Shown: piece by piece, positions 29,490 through 39,852 of the stretch
Layout: each line of letters starts with the position of its first letter
Numbering within the stretch: the first letter of the stretch is position 1
NCBI GenBank assembly: GCA_051531975.1
Contig: JAOPTT010000001.1
Coordinates: 160,001 to 224,000, forward strand
Source: Spirochaetaceae bacterium
GTDB taxonomy: Bacteria > Spirochaetota > Spirochaetia > DSM-2461
Length of the DNA: 64,000 nt
Direction of reading: 5' to 3'
Made by a program: the position numbers and the translations under genes
The notes under the pieces: generated by a model
Database searches by the model: none
Seen by the model: only the letters and a program-made list of their open reading frames with translations
What the model was told of the DNA's origin: nothing

Positions 29490-31409
29490 TTAAAATATTA
29501 TGGTAAAAGTAGTACCTGTATCTGGATTGCTTGAACAATCAACAGTACCTTGAAGTCTATTTATTACATTATTATATATTATATTGAGTCCTAATCCAAT
29601 ATGACCTTCAACTCGTTTAGTTGTAAAAAAAGGATCAAATATTTTATCTTGATGTTCTGGTAATATTCCAACTCCAGAATCATGATATGTTATTATTGTT
29701 TTGTCATTTTTTCTTGAAATTACTAAATCGATGTACCCTTTATCACCTATAAAAGCATGTTCAATAGAGTTTATTATGAGGTTTGACATTATTTGAATTA
29801 AGGAATGTGGGTATGTTTCTAATGTTAAACTCTTTTCACAGAAATAATATATTTTAATCCCTAGAGGAACTTGTTGATCAATTATATCTGAAAAAAAGTC
29901 ATGCAGATTTATATTAACTTTTTCTTCATGATATGACTCAACAGCAACTTTCTTAAAAGTATTAACAATATTTGCTGCTTTATTAAGATTGGCTAATGAT
30001 AATTCAAGACTATTAATTAAACCTTCAATAAAATTATTTAGATCACTTTTACTTAGACTTTTATTAATAATTTTATAATCCAACTCTTTTGTCAATAAAA
30101 TCTGATGTGATATTGATGTTATACCAATTCCAACAGGTGTATTTATTTCATGTGCAACTCCAGATACTAATGATCCTAAAAATGCCATATTTTTAGATTC
30201 AATAAGTTGATCTTGAGCATAGTGTAAATCTTGTAACGAAGTACTTAATTCTTTTGTTCTATCATCTACTATCTCTTCTAAATGGTCTTTATAGTGAGTA
30301 AGTTTTAACTCTGTTTTTTTAGATTTAATTAAAACAAAAATAACACTAAACAGCACTACAATTAATAGTGATAAAATAAAAATTACCACCCATATTAACG
30401 TTTTATACTTAAAATAAAATGATTCTGGAAAGTTTATTATTTTGGTATTATTAGTTTTATCAATATTAATATTAAACCGTTTAAGTTGATTGTAATCGAA
30501 TATTATTTTTGTTGGAGTTTTATACTCTACAGGTACTTTATCGATATCTAATCCTTTTAAAACAGACAAACTAAGTTCAGCAGCTTCGTACCCCTGCTGA
30601 TATCCTCCTATTAAATCTCCACCAATAATACCTTTGTTAAGATCAAAATCCCATGAGCCATATATTGGTACTTTTGCAACTTTTGAAATATCCTGTATAA
30701 TATGGTCAAAATATACTCCATTTCTATCCGTAAAAAATATTGTAAAAAGGATTATAGAATCTAAATTAATCTCTTCTACGACATTAACAAGTTCTTCTCC
30801 AGAAACATTAAAAACTAATTGAATATCTATGTTTGCATATAATGGAGATATCTCTTTTACACTATTTTGTATTTTAATACCTGTAGTTGAATTATCAGTA
30901 ATCACTATAATCTTTTTGATTTTTGGATGATTTTTTGATATTAGTTCTATATTCCTTGAGATATTGCTCTCTTCATTTATTCCTGTGATATTTGAATACT
31001 TTGCAATTACAGTTTTGTTTATATAGTTTAATCCGCAGAAAACAATAGGTTTATTTGGAAATAGTTTAGATCTATTCTGCATTGCAAAATTAAATGCATC
31101 ATCATCCGAGGTAATTATTAAATCGTAAGAATGTTTTGTAATTTTAACCTCTAATAAATTTGTTAATAGTGACTGATAATCTAAATCCCATTGTCTTTTT
31201 GAATCCATATATTCAATATGTAATTCAATGCCTTCTTTTAAATAAGTTTCTGTTATTCCCCTGGTAATCTCATCAGTCCATAAAAACCCTTTATGATATG
31301 AATTTAATAATAATACTTTTTTATTGGTGACATCATCAGATGCTGAAAAGATTGAGACTTTAATTAAAAGTAATAGTGTTAATATTATCATTTTAGATAC
31401 TTTATTCAC
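29490..31409 (-). CDS. Sensor histidine kinase with an ABC-binding-protein-like periplasmic domain
   Basis: VLLLNSYHKGFLWT/EYMDSKR sensor region, one TM, VAHEINTP H-box and GLGL. Confidence 0.87.
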   Translation of the reverse strand: MNKVSKMIILTLLLLIKVSIFSASDDVTNKKVLLLNSYHKGFLWTDEITRGITETYLKEGIELHIEYMDSKRQWDLDYQSLLTNLLEVKITKHSYDLIITSDDDAFNFAMQNRSKLFPNKPIVFCGLNYINKTVIAKYSNITGINEESNISRNIELISKNHPKIKKIIVITDNSTTGIKIQNSVKEISPLYANIDIQLVFNVSGEELVNVVEEINLDSIILFTIFFTDRNGVYFDHIIQDISKVAKVPIYGSWDFDLNKGIIGGDLIGGYQQGYEAAELSLSVLKGLDIDKVPVEYKTPTKIIFDYNQLKRFNINIDKTNNTKIINFPESFYFKYKTLIWVVIFILSLLIVVLFSVIFVLIKSKKTELKLTHYKDHLEEIVDDRTKELSTSLQDLHYAQDQLIESKNMAFLGSLVSGVAHEINTPVGIGITSISHQILLTKELDYKIINKSLSKSDLNNFIEGLINSLELSLANLNKAANIVNTFKKVAVESYHEEKVNINLHDFFSDIIDQQVPLGIKIYYFCEKSLTLETYPHSLIQIMSNLIINSIEHAFIGDKGYIDLVISRKNDKTIITYHDSGVGILPEHQDKIFDPFFTTKRVEGHIGLGLNIIYNNVINRLQGTVDCSSNPDTGTTFTIIF

Positions 31410-31559
31410 TATTAAACTATATATACATATTCATCTTAATACAATTTTTTAGACTTTAATTCTTATTATAATTGTATCAACTCAATTATAGATCAAACAA
31501 AAATACATATATACTTGAATTCGTTTCATAATAAATTACAATTAGTATGAGGTTATATT

Positions 31560-32678
31560 ATGAAAGAATTAAGAAAATTTGTTTGCCCTGAGTTTATTTT
31601 TGGTTCTGATGCTATAGATTTAGCTGGTCAGTATTGTACAAACTGGTGTGCTAAAAAAGTTCTTCTTGTTTCTGATAAAATTGTTAAAAGTAAAGGCTGG
31701 GTAGATAAGGTTGTTAAATCACTTGAAGCAGAATCTATCTTATACTCAGAATATTTAGAAGTTCAACCAAATCCAAGGGATTATAATTGCCATGATGGAT
31801 TAAAAGTATATCATGAAAACAATTGTGATGTAATTATTGCAGTTGGAGGTGGTAGTGTAATAGATGCAGCTAAAGGTATTGGAATACTTGTTAGTAACAA
31901 GGGTAATATTCTTGATTATGAAGGTGTTGATAAAATTGAACATCCTATGCCTCCACTAATTTGTATACCTACAACGAGTGGTAGTTCTGCAGATGTTTCA
32001 CAATTTGCAATAATTACAGCGTCAAAACAAAAACGTAAAATTGCTATAATTTCTAAGGCAGTAGTACCAGATTTATCTCTTGTTGACCCTAGAACACTAC
32101 TTACAATGGATCGATCCCTTACAATTGCAACATGTCTTGATACTTTAACCCATGCAATAGAAGCTTATGTATCTTTAGCAAACTCATTTATGACAGACAG
32201 GCACGCTTTAGGTGCAATAGGGCTAGTAGGAAAATATTTACCACTACTGATGAAAGACATTGATAATTTGGAGTTAAGAACATATTTAATGCAGGCTTCA
32301 CTAGAGGCTGGTTTAGCCTTTTCAAATGCAAGTTTAGGTCTTGTTCACGCAATGGCCCACGCTCTTGGCGGATTAAAAGATATGCCACATGGTGAGTGTA
32401 ATGGAATTCTATTAAAAAATGTTTGTAAATTTAATTATGACTCATGCCCAGAACGGTATGACCAGATAGCTAAAACATTAGGTTCGACAGACATTATTGA
32501 TGCAATAGACAAATTAGTTAAGACTGTTGGTTTAGATCCACGGTTAGAACCTATAGGTTTAAGTAGAGAGGACTTTATCCCTCTAGCCCAGAATGCTTTA
32601 AACGACGCTTGTTTAGCAACAAATCCCAAACCTGCAAATTTGGAGGATATAGTAGCAATTTATGAAGAAACATTCTGA
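31560..32678 (+). CDS. ercA: Iron-containing alcohol dehydrogenase, ErcA-like regulatory type
   Basis: GGGS, DTLTHAIE, GLVHAMAH and PHGECN metal ligands; ELRKFVCPEFIFG N-terminus; overlaps a kinase gene. Confidence 0.75.
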   Translation: MKELRKFVCPEFIFGSDAIDLAGQYCTNWCAKKVLLVSDKIVKSKGWVDKVVKSLEAESILYSEYLEVQPNPRDYNCHDGLKVYHENNCDVIIAVGGGSVIDAAKGIGILVSNKGNILDYEGVDKIEHPMPPLICIPTTSGSSADVSQFAIITASKQKRKIAIISKAVVPDLSLVDPRTLLTMDRSLTIATCLDTLTHAIEAYVSLANSFMTDRHALGAIGLVGKYLPLLMKDIDNLELRTYLMQASLEAGLAFSNASLGLVHAMAHALGGLKDMPHGECNGILLKNVCKFNYDSCPERYDQIAKTLGSTDIIDAIDKLVKTVGLDPRLEPIGLSREDFIPLAQNALNDACLATNPKPANLEDIVAIYEETF

Positions 32679-33891
32679 TGATAAAGACTTTAACGATATA
32701 CAAAATCAGATTATTGGACTTGGAACTGGTAGCTTTAGAAAGAACTATTATACAGCTCTTAGAAAGTCCTATGGGGAACAGGAACGTTTTAGAAAGATAA
32801 TTGATAGATTATCCGTATATCTAATAATTCTAGATAGCGATTATAGAATTGTTGACTCTAACGGCGAAGCAGATACAAACCTAAATCTTCTAGATGAATA
32901 TAATATATATAAAGATATAAAAGAGATATTACCAGATATATATTCTGATATATTTGTTCATAATAAGTCATATTCATTATGGGAAGGAGAAGAAGAAACC
33001 CAAGGTATTAGAGAGGTTCACTGCGAAGAACTAGAAATTGACAATATAACATACTCTACTCTTGTTTTTCGTGATATAACCCATAGGATTAAAATAGAGC
33101 AGAGACTGGAAAAACTAGTCAGCGAAAGAACTAAAGAGATAAGAGAGGCCCAACAACAACTTGTATTTGCAGAGAAGATGGCTGCGCTTGGAGAATTAGT
33201 TGCTGGAGTATCCCACGAGATAAATACTCCTATTGGAATAGGTGTTACCGCTGCTAGCCATATTAAGGTATTATCTGAAGAAATCCTTGAGGGGTTTAAA
33301 AATAAAACTTTAACAAAGGGGAATTTTGAATCAATACTAATGAAGTTAGATCAAAGTTCTGATCTTATATTATCCAACCTATTAAGAGCTGCCGAATTAG
33401 TTCAATCATTTAAAAAAGTTGCTGTGGATCAGCAAGTTCTCGATGTTAGAATGATAAATATTAAAGACTATTTAAATGATATAACTAGATCTTTACATAC
33501 AAAATGGAAAGCCCATAGTTTAGAAATTATAGGTAATGATGAAACCTATATAATGACGATCCCAGGAGTGTGGAGTCAGATAATTAGTAACTTTATAATT
33601 AATTCAATAATACATGGTTTTACTGATACTGATAATGGAAAGATAGAGATTAGTTTCAAAAACAGTAGCAGCAGCTTTGTATTAAATTATACAGATAATG
33701 GAGTAGGAATTGGTAATGTAAATCCTGATAAAATCTTTGAACCGTTTTATACAACAAAAAAAGAGAGTGGCGGGAATGGTCTTGGCATGCATATAGTATA
33801 TAACCTTGTGGTCAAATCTCTTAAAGGTAAAATAGAATATATAAAACTTCCTCATCGAGGTATATCATTCCGTATAACAATCCCGAACTAA
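32662..33891 (+). CDS. Cytoplasmic PAS histidine kinase with an ErcS-like N-terminal motif
   Basis: IIGLGTGSFRKNYY N-terminus, PAS-like region, VSHEINTP H-box, DNGVG and GNGLG. No TM segments. Confidence 0.82.
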   Translation: MKKHSDDKDFNDIQNQIIGLGTGSFRKNYYTALRKSYGEQERFRKIIDRLSVYLIILDSDYRIVDSNGEADTNLNLLDEYNIYKDIKEILPDIYSDIFVHNKSYSLWEGEEETQGIREVHCEELEIDNITYSTLVFRDITHRIKIEQRLEKLVSERTKEIREAQQQLVFAEKMAALGELVAGVSHEINTPIGIGVTAASHIKVLSEEILEGFKNKTLTKGNFESILMKLDQSSDLILSNLLRAAELVQSFKKVAVDQQVLDVRMINIKDYLNDITRSLHTKWKAHSLEIIGNDETYIMTIPGVWSQIISNFIINSIIHGFTDTDNGKIEISFKNSSSSFVLNYTDNGVGIGNVNPDKIFEPFYTTKKESGGNGLGMHIVYNLVVKSLKGKIEYIKLPHRGISFRITIPN

Positions 33892-33954
33892 TAACCACAA
33901 TATACAGGCTTTTCCAAACTTTATGTATAAGAAATCTAAAATATAAAGATTTTC

Positions 33955-33983
33955 TTGCCAAGCAAGCGCTTGCATGTTATATT
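33955..33983 (+). promoter_or_regulatory. Promoter with a palindromic operator in the spacer
   Basis: TTGCCA - 17 bp - TATATT; perfect palindrome GCAAGCGCTTGC at 33962-33973. Confidence 0.55.
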
Positions 33984-34039
33984 TTTCACAACTAGTCTTA
34001 GTTAAATCTTTTTAAATCAAAAATCAGGAGCACGTAAAA

Positions 34040-35299
34040 ATGAAAAAGTTCACACTAACAACCAGAATTCTATTAGCATTAGGAATTGGTCTTCTACTAG
34101 GTATTATCTTATACCCTTTTAGAGAAGTCCCATTTATTGATAACTATGTATTAGGATTCTTCTTTACATTAACTGGAAAACTATTTGTATCTTCAATTAA
34201 AATGATGGTTGTACCTTTAGTATTTGTATCCCTTACATGTGGATCCGCATCCATGGGTGATGTTAGAAAACTTGGAAGAATTGGAACAAAAACCTTAGTC
34301 TTTTATCTTTTAACTACAGCTGTAGCAATAACTATAGCTATTATCTTAGCGTCTATAGTAGGACCAGGAGTTGGTTTTAATGTACCTTCAGAAGAGTTAA
34401 CTTTTGTAGCTAAAGATAAACCACAATTATTAAATGTAATAATAAATATGGTTCCAACAAACCCATTTAAAGCATTAAGCAGTGGTAACATGTTACAAAT
34501 TATTGTTTTCTCAATTTTGTTAGGTACAAGTTTAACAATTTTAGGCGAAAAAGCACAAAAAGTAACGGACCTATTTACACAATTAAACGAAGTTGTTTTA
34601 AAACTAGTAGAAATGGTTATGACAGTTGCACCTATAGGTGTTTTTGCATTAATAACTAAAACATTTGCATCGTTAGGTTACTCTGCAATGTTACCACTTT
34701 TAAAATATATGTTATGTATTATGGGAGCCCTACTATTACATGCGCTTATTACATACCAAAGTGTTTTTGTTCTATTTACAAAGCTTAGTCCTGTTAAGTT
34801 TATCAAAAACTTTGCACCAGCAATAGCTACTGCATTTTCAACTTCTAGTAGTAATGCAACTCTACCTGTAACTATTGAGACCTGTGAAGAGAGATTAGGG
34901 GTTTCTAAAAAGTTAGCTTCTTTCACACTTCCACTAGGTGCAACAATAAACATGGATGGAACTGCAATTATGCAAGGTGTTGCAACTGTATTTATAGCTC
35001 AAGCTTACATGATCGATTTATCAATTGCTGACTTCTTAACAGTTATTATAACTGCTACATTAGCATCGATAGGTACTGCTGGAGTTCCAGGTGTTGGTCT
35101 TATTATGTTATCTATGGTATTAACTCAAGTTGGTCTTCCTGTAGAAGCAATTGCAATTATTATGGGTATTGATAGAATACTTGATATGAGTAGAACTGCT
35201 ATAAATATCTGTGGTGATGCTATTTGTACAACAATTATAGCAAAACAAGAAGGTGAATTAGACGAATCGATTTTTAAAGCTAAAAATCACTCTTTCTAA
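34040..35299 (+). CDS. Dicarboxylate/amino acid:cation symporter (DAACS)
   Basis: FSTSSSNATLP, GATINMDG, AGVPG and DRILDMSRT motifs. Confidence 0.93.
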   Translation: MKKFTLTTRILLALGIGLLLGIILYPFREVPFIDNYVLGFFFTLTGKLFVSSIKMMVVPLVFVSLTCGSASMGDVRKLGRIGTKTLVFYLLTTAVAITIAIILASIVGPGVGFNVPSEELTFVAKDKPQLLNVIINMVPTNPFKALSSGNMLQIIVFSILLGTSLTILGEKAQKVTDLFTQLNEVVLKLVEMVMTVAPIGVFALITKTFASLGYSAMLPLLKYMLCIMGALLLHALITYQSVFVLFTKLSPVKFIKNFAPAIATAFSTSSSNATLPVTIETCEERLGVSKKLASFTLPLGATINMDGTAIMQGVATVFIAQAYMIDLSIADFLTVIITATLASIGTAGVPGVGLIMLSMVLTQVGLPVEAIAIIMGIDRILDMSRTAINICGDAICTTIIAKQEGELDESIFKAKNHSF

Positions 35300-35306
35300 T
35301 ATAAAA

Positions 35307-35343
35307 ATATTAACCATTACTAATTAAACGTAATGGTTAATAT
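35307..35343. terminator. Bidirectional terminator hairpin
   Basis: ATATTAACCATTAC...GTAATGGTTAATAT inverted repeat between convergent genes. Confidence 0.65.
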
Positions 35344-35354
35344 ATCTTTAATTA

Positions 35355-36548
35355 TTATCGTTTCCTACGACCTTGTCTATTCTCTGGAAGTTCAGTAACT
35401 AACTCACCATTTATTGTAACATCACCTTTAACTAGTTCTGCAGTTCCATCGGCATCAAATGAAGATCCCCCTTCAAAATCGATGGTACCTCCATAGATAT
35501 ATAGATCACCATTTGAATCAAATCCATCTGTATCCCCACTTGCCATTTTAATAGAAATATCTCCACCATATACTTCAATCAATACATCCATAGGGCTTTT
35601 TGCTGTTGCATTTATACCATCATCAGTTGCATAGATTTTAATGGTACCGCCATTAATCAATATTTGAGTAGCTTCTATACCTTCTTGGCATGTTTCGATA
35701 TTTATATTTCCACCATCAATCTGGATAAAACTAGTTCCTCTTATAGCGTCGTCTGCGGCTATAATATTCAATACTCCATTTTGCATATAAATATAACCTA
35801 ATAGAGGATCATTGTCATTTTCACTATGCAGAGCATCAGCCCCTGATTTAATAGATATATTACCATTGTAAATACGGATTGAATCATTAGCTTCTAATCC
35901 ATCTAAAGAGGAATCTATATTAAGAGTTCCACCAGTTATTTTTAGATCATCTTTAGATGAAATTCCATTTCCATATTTTGATAAAATATCTAAAGCACCA
36001 ATTCCATTTAATACTAGATCTGATTTTGAAAATATAACAGCATCTAGATTTACTTCATTATTAGATCTGTATTTACCTGTAACAGAGAGAGTACTGTTAC
36101 CACTTAAAGTAGTTATATATACCTTATCAGCAGATTTTACATAAATAGTAGGTATATCCTTATTAATAATAGTTAGATTATCTAGAATTAATTGTACTTT
36201 TGCATTATCTGGGACATCTATGACTATAAAAGTATCAACAACATCACCTTCTAATATATATAAACCTTCTTCCTCTATCAAAATCTCTGAACCATCTTTT
36301 AGCAACATTCTAGTTGCATCAGTAAGATCTGGGTTCTGTATTAGGTCCCGATCTGTAAATAACGTCCCTTGTTCAATTATTGAATTCTCAAACTCTGTGA
36401 TCTCTAATACTTCAGCTATTATCGATTCTTTAAGAGAAACTACTACTTTTTCCGATGCATTTTTACCAATGACTTCTGATTTACAACTTTCTATTGAAAA
36501 AATTAATAATCCGGTGAAAATATAGTATTGCAATTTGTTTAATTTCAT
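35355..36548 (-). CDS. Cthe_2159-like (DUF4353) beta-helix carbohydrate-binding lipoprotein
   Basis: Repeated I.GG.I.I...DG motifs, AVIFSKSDL and DGFDSNG; ESC lipobox-like signal. Confidence 0.8.
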   Translation of the reverse strand: MKLNKLQYYIFTGLLIFSIESCKSEVIGKNASEKVVVSLKESIIAEVLEITEFENSIIEQGTLFTDRDLIQNPDLTDATRMLLKDGSEILIEEEGLYILEGDVVDTFIVIDVPDNAKVQLILDNLTIINKDIPTIYVKSADKVYITTLSGNSTLSVTGKYRSNNEVNLDAVIFSKSDLVLNGIGALDILSKYGNGISSKDDLKITGGTLNIDSSLDGLEANDSIRIYNGNISIKSGADALHSENDNDPLLGYIYMQNGVLNIIAADDAIRGTSFIQIDGGNINIETCQEGIEATQILINGGTIKIYATDDGINATAKSPMDVLIEVYGGDISIKMASGDTDGFDSNGDLYIYGGTIDFEGGSSFDADGTAELVKGDVTINGELVTELPENRQGRRKR

Positions 36549-36744
36549 TTTATGTCCTTACTCTTATATTTAATAATACAAAATATAGGATTAATATATG
36601 AACGAATTGTGAACAAAAGATAAAGTTTTATCATTCATTCCTATAGATAAATTCAGTATGCGTATATTCATAACCTATTTTTTGTAAAATGTGGATCATA
36701 ACACTGTTAGTTTGGTGAGTATCAATATTTTTTGTTCTTGCATA

Positions 36745-37692
36745 TTAAACCTCAATTTCAAAGTGCTTAAATATTCGTAAAGCTCTTAGTGTATTCCATC
36801 TACTTGGTTTACCTGCATCTTCCATTTTAAAGTGAACCTGTCCAGGATATGGAGCATTAACTTTCCAGAGTCCATCTTTGTTTCTTTTACCTTTTAAGAT
36901 CTCTATTGCATTATCCATTCTTATATCCAAAGATTTACCTGAATAACAAAAATAATCTAATGCTCTTAGAATGTCATATCTCCATCTACATGGATAAGGT
37001 ATTTTAATAAAATTTTTACTAATGATCTTTCCTGTTTTATCTGAAAGATATAACTGGTGTTGAAGGATAAACTCCTCAGACATCTCTCTAACACTATTTA
37101 TCTCTTCAGTTCTATAATCAATCCCAGTTTTCTGAAATTCATATAATCCTTCAAGCACAGAAATAGTAGTATGTAAGGAGCTATGTGTTGCTCCACTTCT
37201 AGTTGTCCTGCAATTAAAGCCACCATCTGGCATTATTTCCTTTAAAATACTATCAACAACTGAAAAGAGTTTTTTATCTTCAGATTTAAAATAAGAGGCA
37301 TAGTTTAAAACCATACCATTTACACAAATATCACTATATTCAGTAGTTGAAGGACCTAATTTAATTCCACCATCCTCTGCTTTTAAAGTATCTAATACCA
37401 TATTTATTGTCTCTTTTATAATAACATTCTCTTGTCTTAAGTTTAAGTTTCGAAGATCTAGTAAAGTATAATGAGTTGATATCCATTTAGGCTGATAAAA
37501 GTCACTTCCCCAGTGTAAGTTTGACTTTCTTTTTGATAGATAACTTCTGCCCCACCCTTTTATTTCAATTATTTTTTGGATATCTTTTTTATCTATTCCT
37601 AATAAATCACGATAGACTTGATACTGAATAGAAACATCACCTTCAAGTAACCATTTCATAATTTTATTATCCAACTCTATACTATTCAACAT
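36745..37692 (-). CDS. Conserved hypothetical protein (prenyltransferase/squalene-cyclase-like helical fold)
   Basis: WLLEGDVSIQYQ, DGGFNC, WRYDILRAL and PSRWNTLRAL motifs, recalled from this uncharacterised family. Confidence 0.6.
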   Translation of the reverse strand: MLNSIELDNKIMKWLLEGDVSIQYQVYRDLLGIDKKDIQKIIEIKGWGRSYLSKRKSNLHWGSDFYQPKWISTHYTLLDLRNLNLRQENVIIKETINMVLDTLKAEDGGIKLGPSTTEYSDICVNGMVLNYASYFKSEDKKLFSVVDSILKEIMPDGGFNCRTTRSGATHSSLHTTISVLEGLYEFQKTGIDYRTEEINSVREMSEEFILQHQLYLSDKTGKIISKNFIKIPYPCRWRYDILRALDYFCYSGKSLDIRMDNAIEILKGKRNKDGLWKVNAPYPGQVHFKMEDAGKPSRWNTLRALRIFKHFEIEV

Positions 37693-37825
37693 GTTATAAT
37701 TATAGCAGAGTTCTTATTTTTTGCTCTGATATTTATCATAGATACCATAAATTTATATTTTGTACTTATAATCGTGGAGTTACACCATCAAACCATATGG
37801 TTGTTGACGACTAGTACTTCTTCTT

Positions 37826-38743
37826 TTATGTTTTCTTCCGTAAACCGTTTCTAAGTATTTGTTCCGCTTCTTCTAAACTAAAGATATTAGAATCAATTAA
37901 TTGGGTAAACTGCTCAGATATTGATTTATTAAATAGCAGAAGATCATCGGTATTAACGGTTACATCAATTCCAAAATCAAAAAGCTTTTTAATTGGATGG
38001 TTAAAAATATCTGTAGTGGCTCCCAATTGCCTATTACTTTCAGGGCATATGTTTAATGTGATATCTCTCTCTAAAATCATAGCCATTGTTTGTTCTGAAT
38101 CAACAGCCCGTATTCCATGTTCAATTTCATCTGGATTAAATAGATTAATAGCTGTTTCAATTGTATTACAATCAGAAAACTCACCTATGTGTACTTTTTT
38201 AAGTAATCCTTTTTGTTCAGCGTAATCAAACTGTGGAACAAATCTACTTATATCCTGTGATAGTTCGACTCCATACAGATCAATGCCATAAAAGACTCCA
38301 CTATCAATACATTTGCTATATAGAGTATCAAGTTCTTCAGTCCCAATCTTTTTATTAATTCCGAGAATAGGGAAAAAGATACCAGCATATTTAGTAGTTA
38401 AAGATCTTATCATATTACAAAATAATTCAGCTGACCCTCCGTAAAATTTACAAAGTGTAATATCAATACTTGCTTCTAAAATCTTAACATTATCCTCTAT
38501 TGCAGCTTCTATGCCTCCCAAAATAAATAATTCTAAAGCGTACTGATTATTCATAATTGGATTAATTTTATTGTTAATAAAATCTATCATTCCAGGAAGT
38601 CCTCTATATTCTGTAGGGAATACAAGATTAGATTCTGGAAAGTACCTATTCAATTTTTGCCTAGAAATACCTAAAGTTAGATGATTATGTAAATCTGCTT
38701 TAGGTATAGATTTTAGGTATTGTAATAGATCTTCTTTCTTCAT
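37826..38743 (-). CDS. Adenosine deaminase-family protein
   Basis: PKADLHNH, HIGE, EHG, CPESN and NTDD motifs. Confidence 0.85.
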   Translation of the reverse strand: MKKEDLLQYLKSIPKADLHNHLTLGISRQKLNRYFPESNLVFPTEYRGLPGMIDFINNKINPIMNNQYALELFILGGIEAAIEDNVKILEASIDITLCKFYGGSAELFCNMIRSLTTKYAGIFFPILGINKKIGTEELDTLYSKCIDSGVFYGIDLYGVELSQDISRFVPQFDYAEQKGLLKKVHIGEFSDCNTIETAINLFNPDEIEHGIRAVDSEQTMAMILERDITLNICPESNRQLGATTDIFNHPIKKLFDFGIDVTVNTDDLLLFNKSISEQFTQLIDSNIFSLEEAEQILRNGLRKKT

Positions 38744-39798
38744 TTAATATCCTTTAATAAATATACTTTAAAGTTTTTTTTGGAATTTACTGCAAACTTC
38801 ACCAAACTTAACATAATTGGAACCTCAACTAATACTCCAACAACTGTTACTAATGTTGCTCCAGATGATAATCCAAATAAACTAATAGAAACAGCAACTG
38901 CTAATTCAAAAAAGTTTGAAGCCCCGATCATTGCCGAGGGTGCAGCTATCTCATATGGCACCTTTAGAAGTTTTGAGATACTAAATCCTAAAAAGAAAAT
39001 AAAGTAAGTTTGTAGTGTAAGTGGTATAGCTATTAAAACAATAGCAAAAGGATTTGATAGTATAGTTTCCCCTTGGAATGAGAAAATGATTATTAAAGTT
39101 AATAAAAGACCTATCTCTGTAATTCCTTCAAACTTTTTACAAAATATATCATTAAACCAATTTAGCCCATATTTATTAATCAATATGGTTCTTGATAAAA
39201 AACCAAAAAATAGTGGTATAACTACAAAAAGAAATACAGATAAAAAGAGTGTATTTAATGGTATAAGAATATCAGTAACTCCTAATAACAGAGCTACTAT
39301 TGGAATAAATGCAACTAATATTACTAAGTCATTTATAGCAACCTGAACTACAGTATAACTTGGATCACCATCAGATAAATAACTCCAAACAAAAACCATT
39401 GCAGTACATGGTGCTGCACCTAAAAGAACTGCTCCAGCGACATACTCTTTTGCAATGTCTACTGGTATAAAAATGCTAAATACCACATTAATAAAAAATG
39501 AAGCTATTAAATACATTGTAAAAGGTTTTATTAACCAATTTATTATTAGGGTTATAACAAGACCTTTTGGCTTTTTACTAGCGCTAACAATACTTTTAAA
39601 ATCTACTTTAAGCATCATAGGGTATATCATTATCCATATTAAAATAGCAACTGGTAATGAGACATTAGAGTATTCAAACTTTTGTAAAGTAATAGGCACA
39701 ATAGGTAAAAAGACCCCAATACACACACCTACAATAATACATAAGACTACCCAAAATGATAGATATTTAGCAAAAGCTCCCAATTTTTTTTCAGACAT
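38740..39798 (-). CDS. acr3: ACR3-family arsenite efflux transporter
   Basis: MIYPMM, APCTAMVFVWS, GASNFFELAVA and GVLVEVP motifs. Confidence 0.93.
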   Translation of the reverse strand: MSEKKLGAFAKYLSFWVVLCIIVGVCIGVFLPIVPITLQKFEYSNVSLPVAILIWIMIYPMMLKVDFKSIVSASKKPKGLVITLIINWLIKPFTMYLIASFFINVVFSIFIPVDIAKEYVAGAVLLGAAPCTAMVFVWSYLSDGDPSYTVVQVAINDLVILVAFIPIVALLLGVTDILIPLNTLFLSVFLFVVIPLFFGFLSRTILINKYGLNWFNDIFCKKFEGITEIGLLLTLIIIFSFQGETILSNPFAIVLIAIPLTLQTYFIFFLGFSISKLLKVPYEIAAPSAMIGASNFFELAVAVSISLFGLSSGATLVTVVGVLVEVPIMLSLVKFAVNSKKNFKVYLLKDIK

Positions 39799-39852
39799 AC
39801 TTTCCTCCTATATTGTAAATATTAGCTTCAATGTTTTATTGTAATATAGGAC

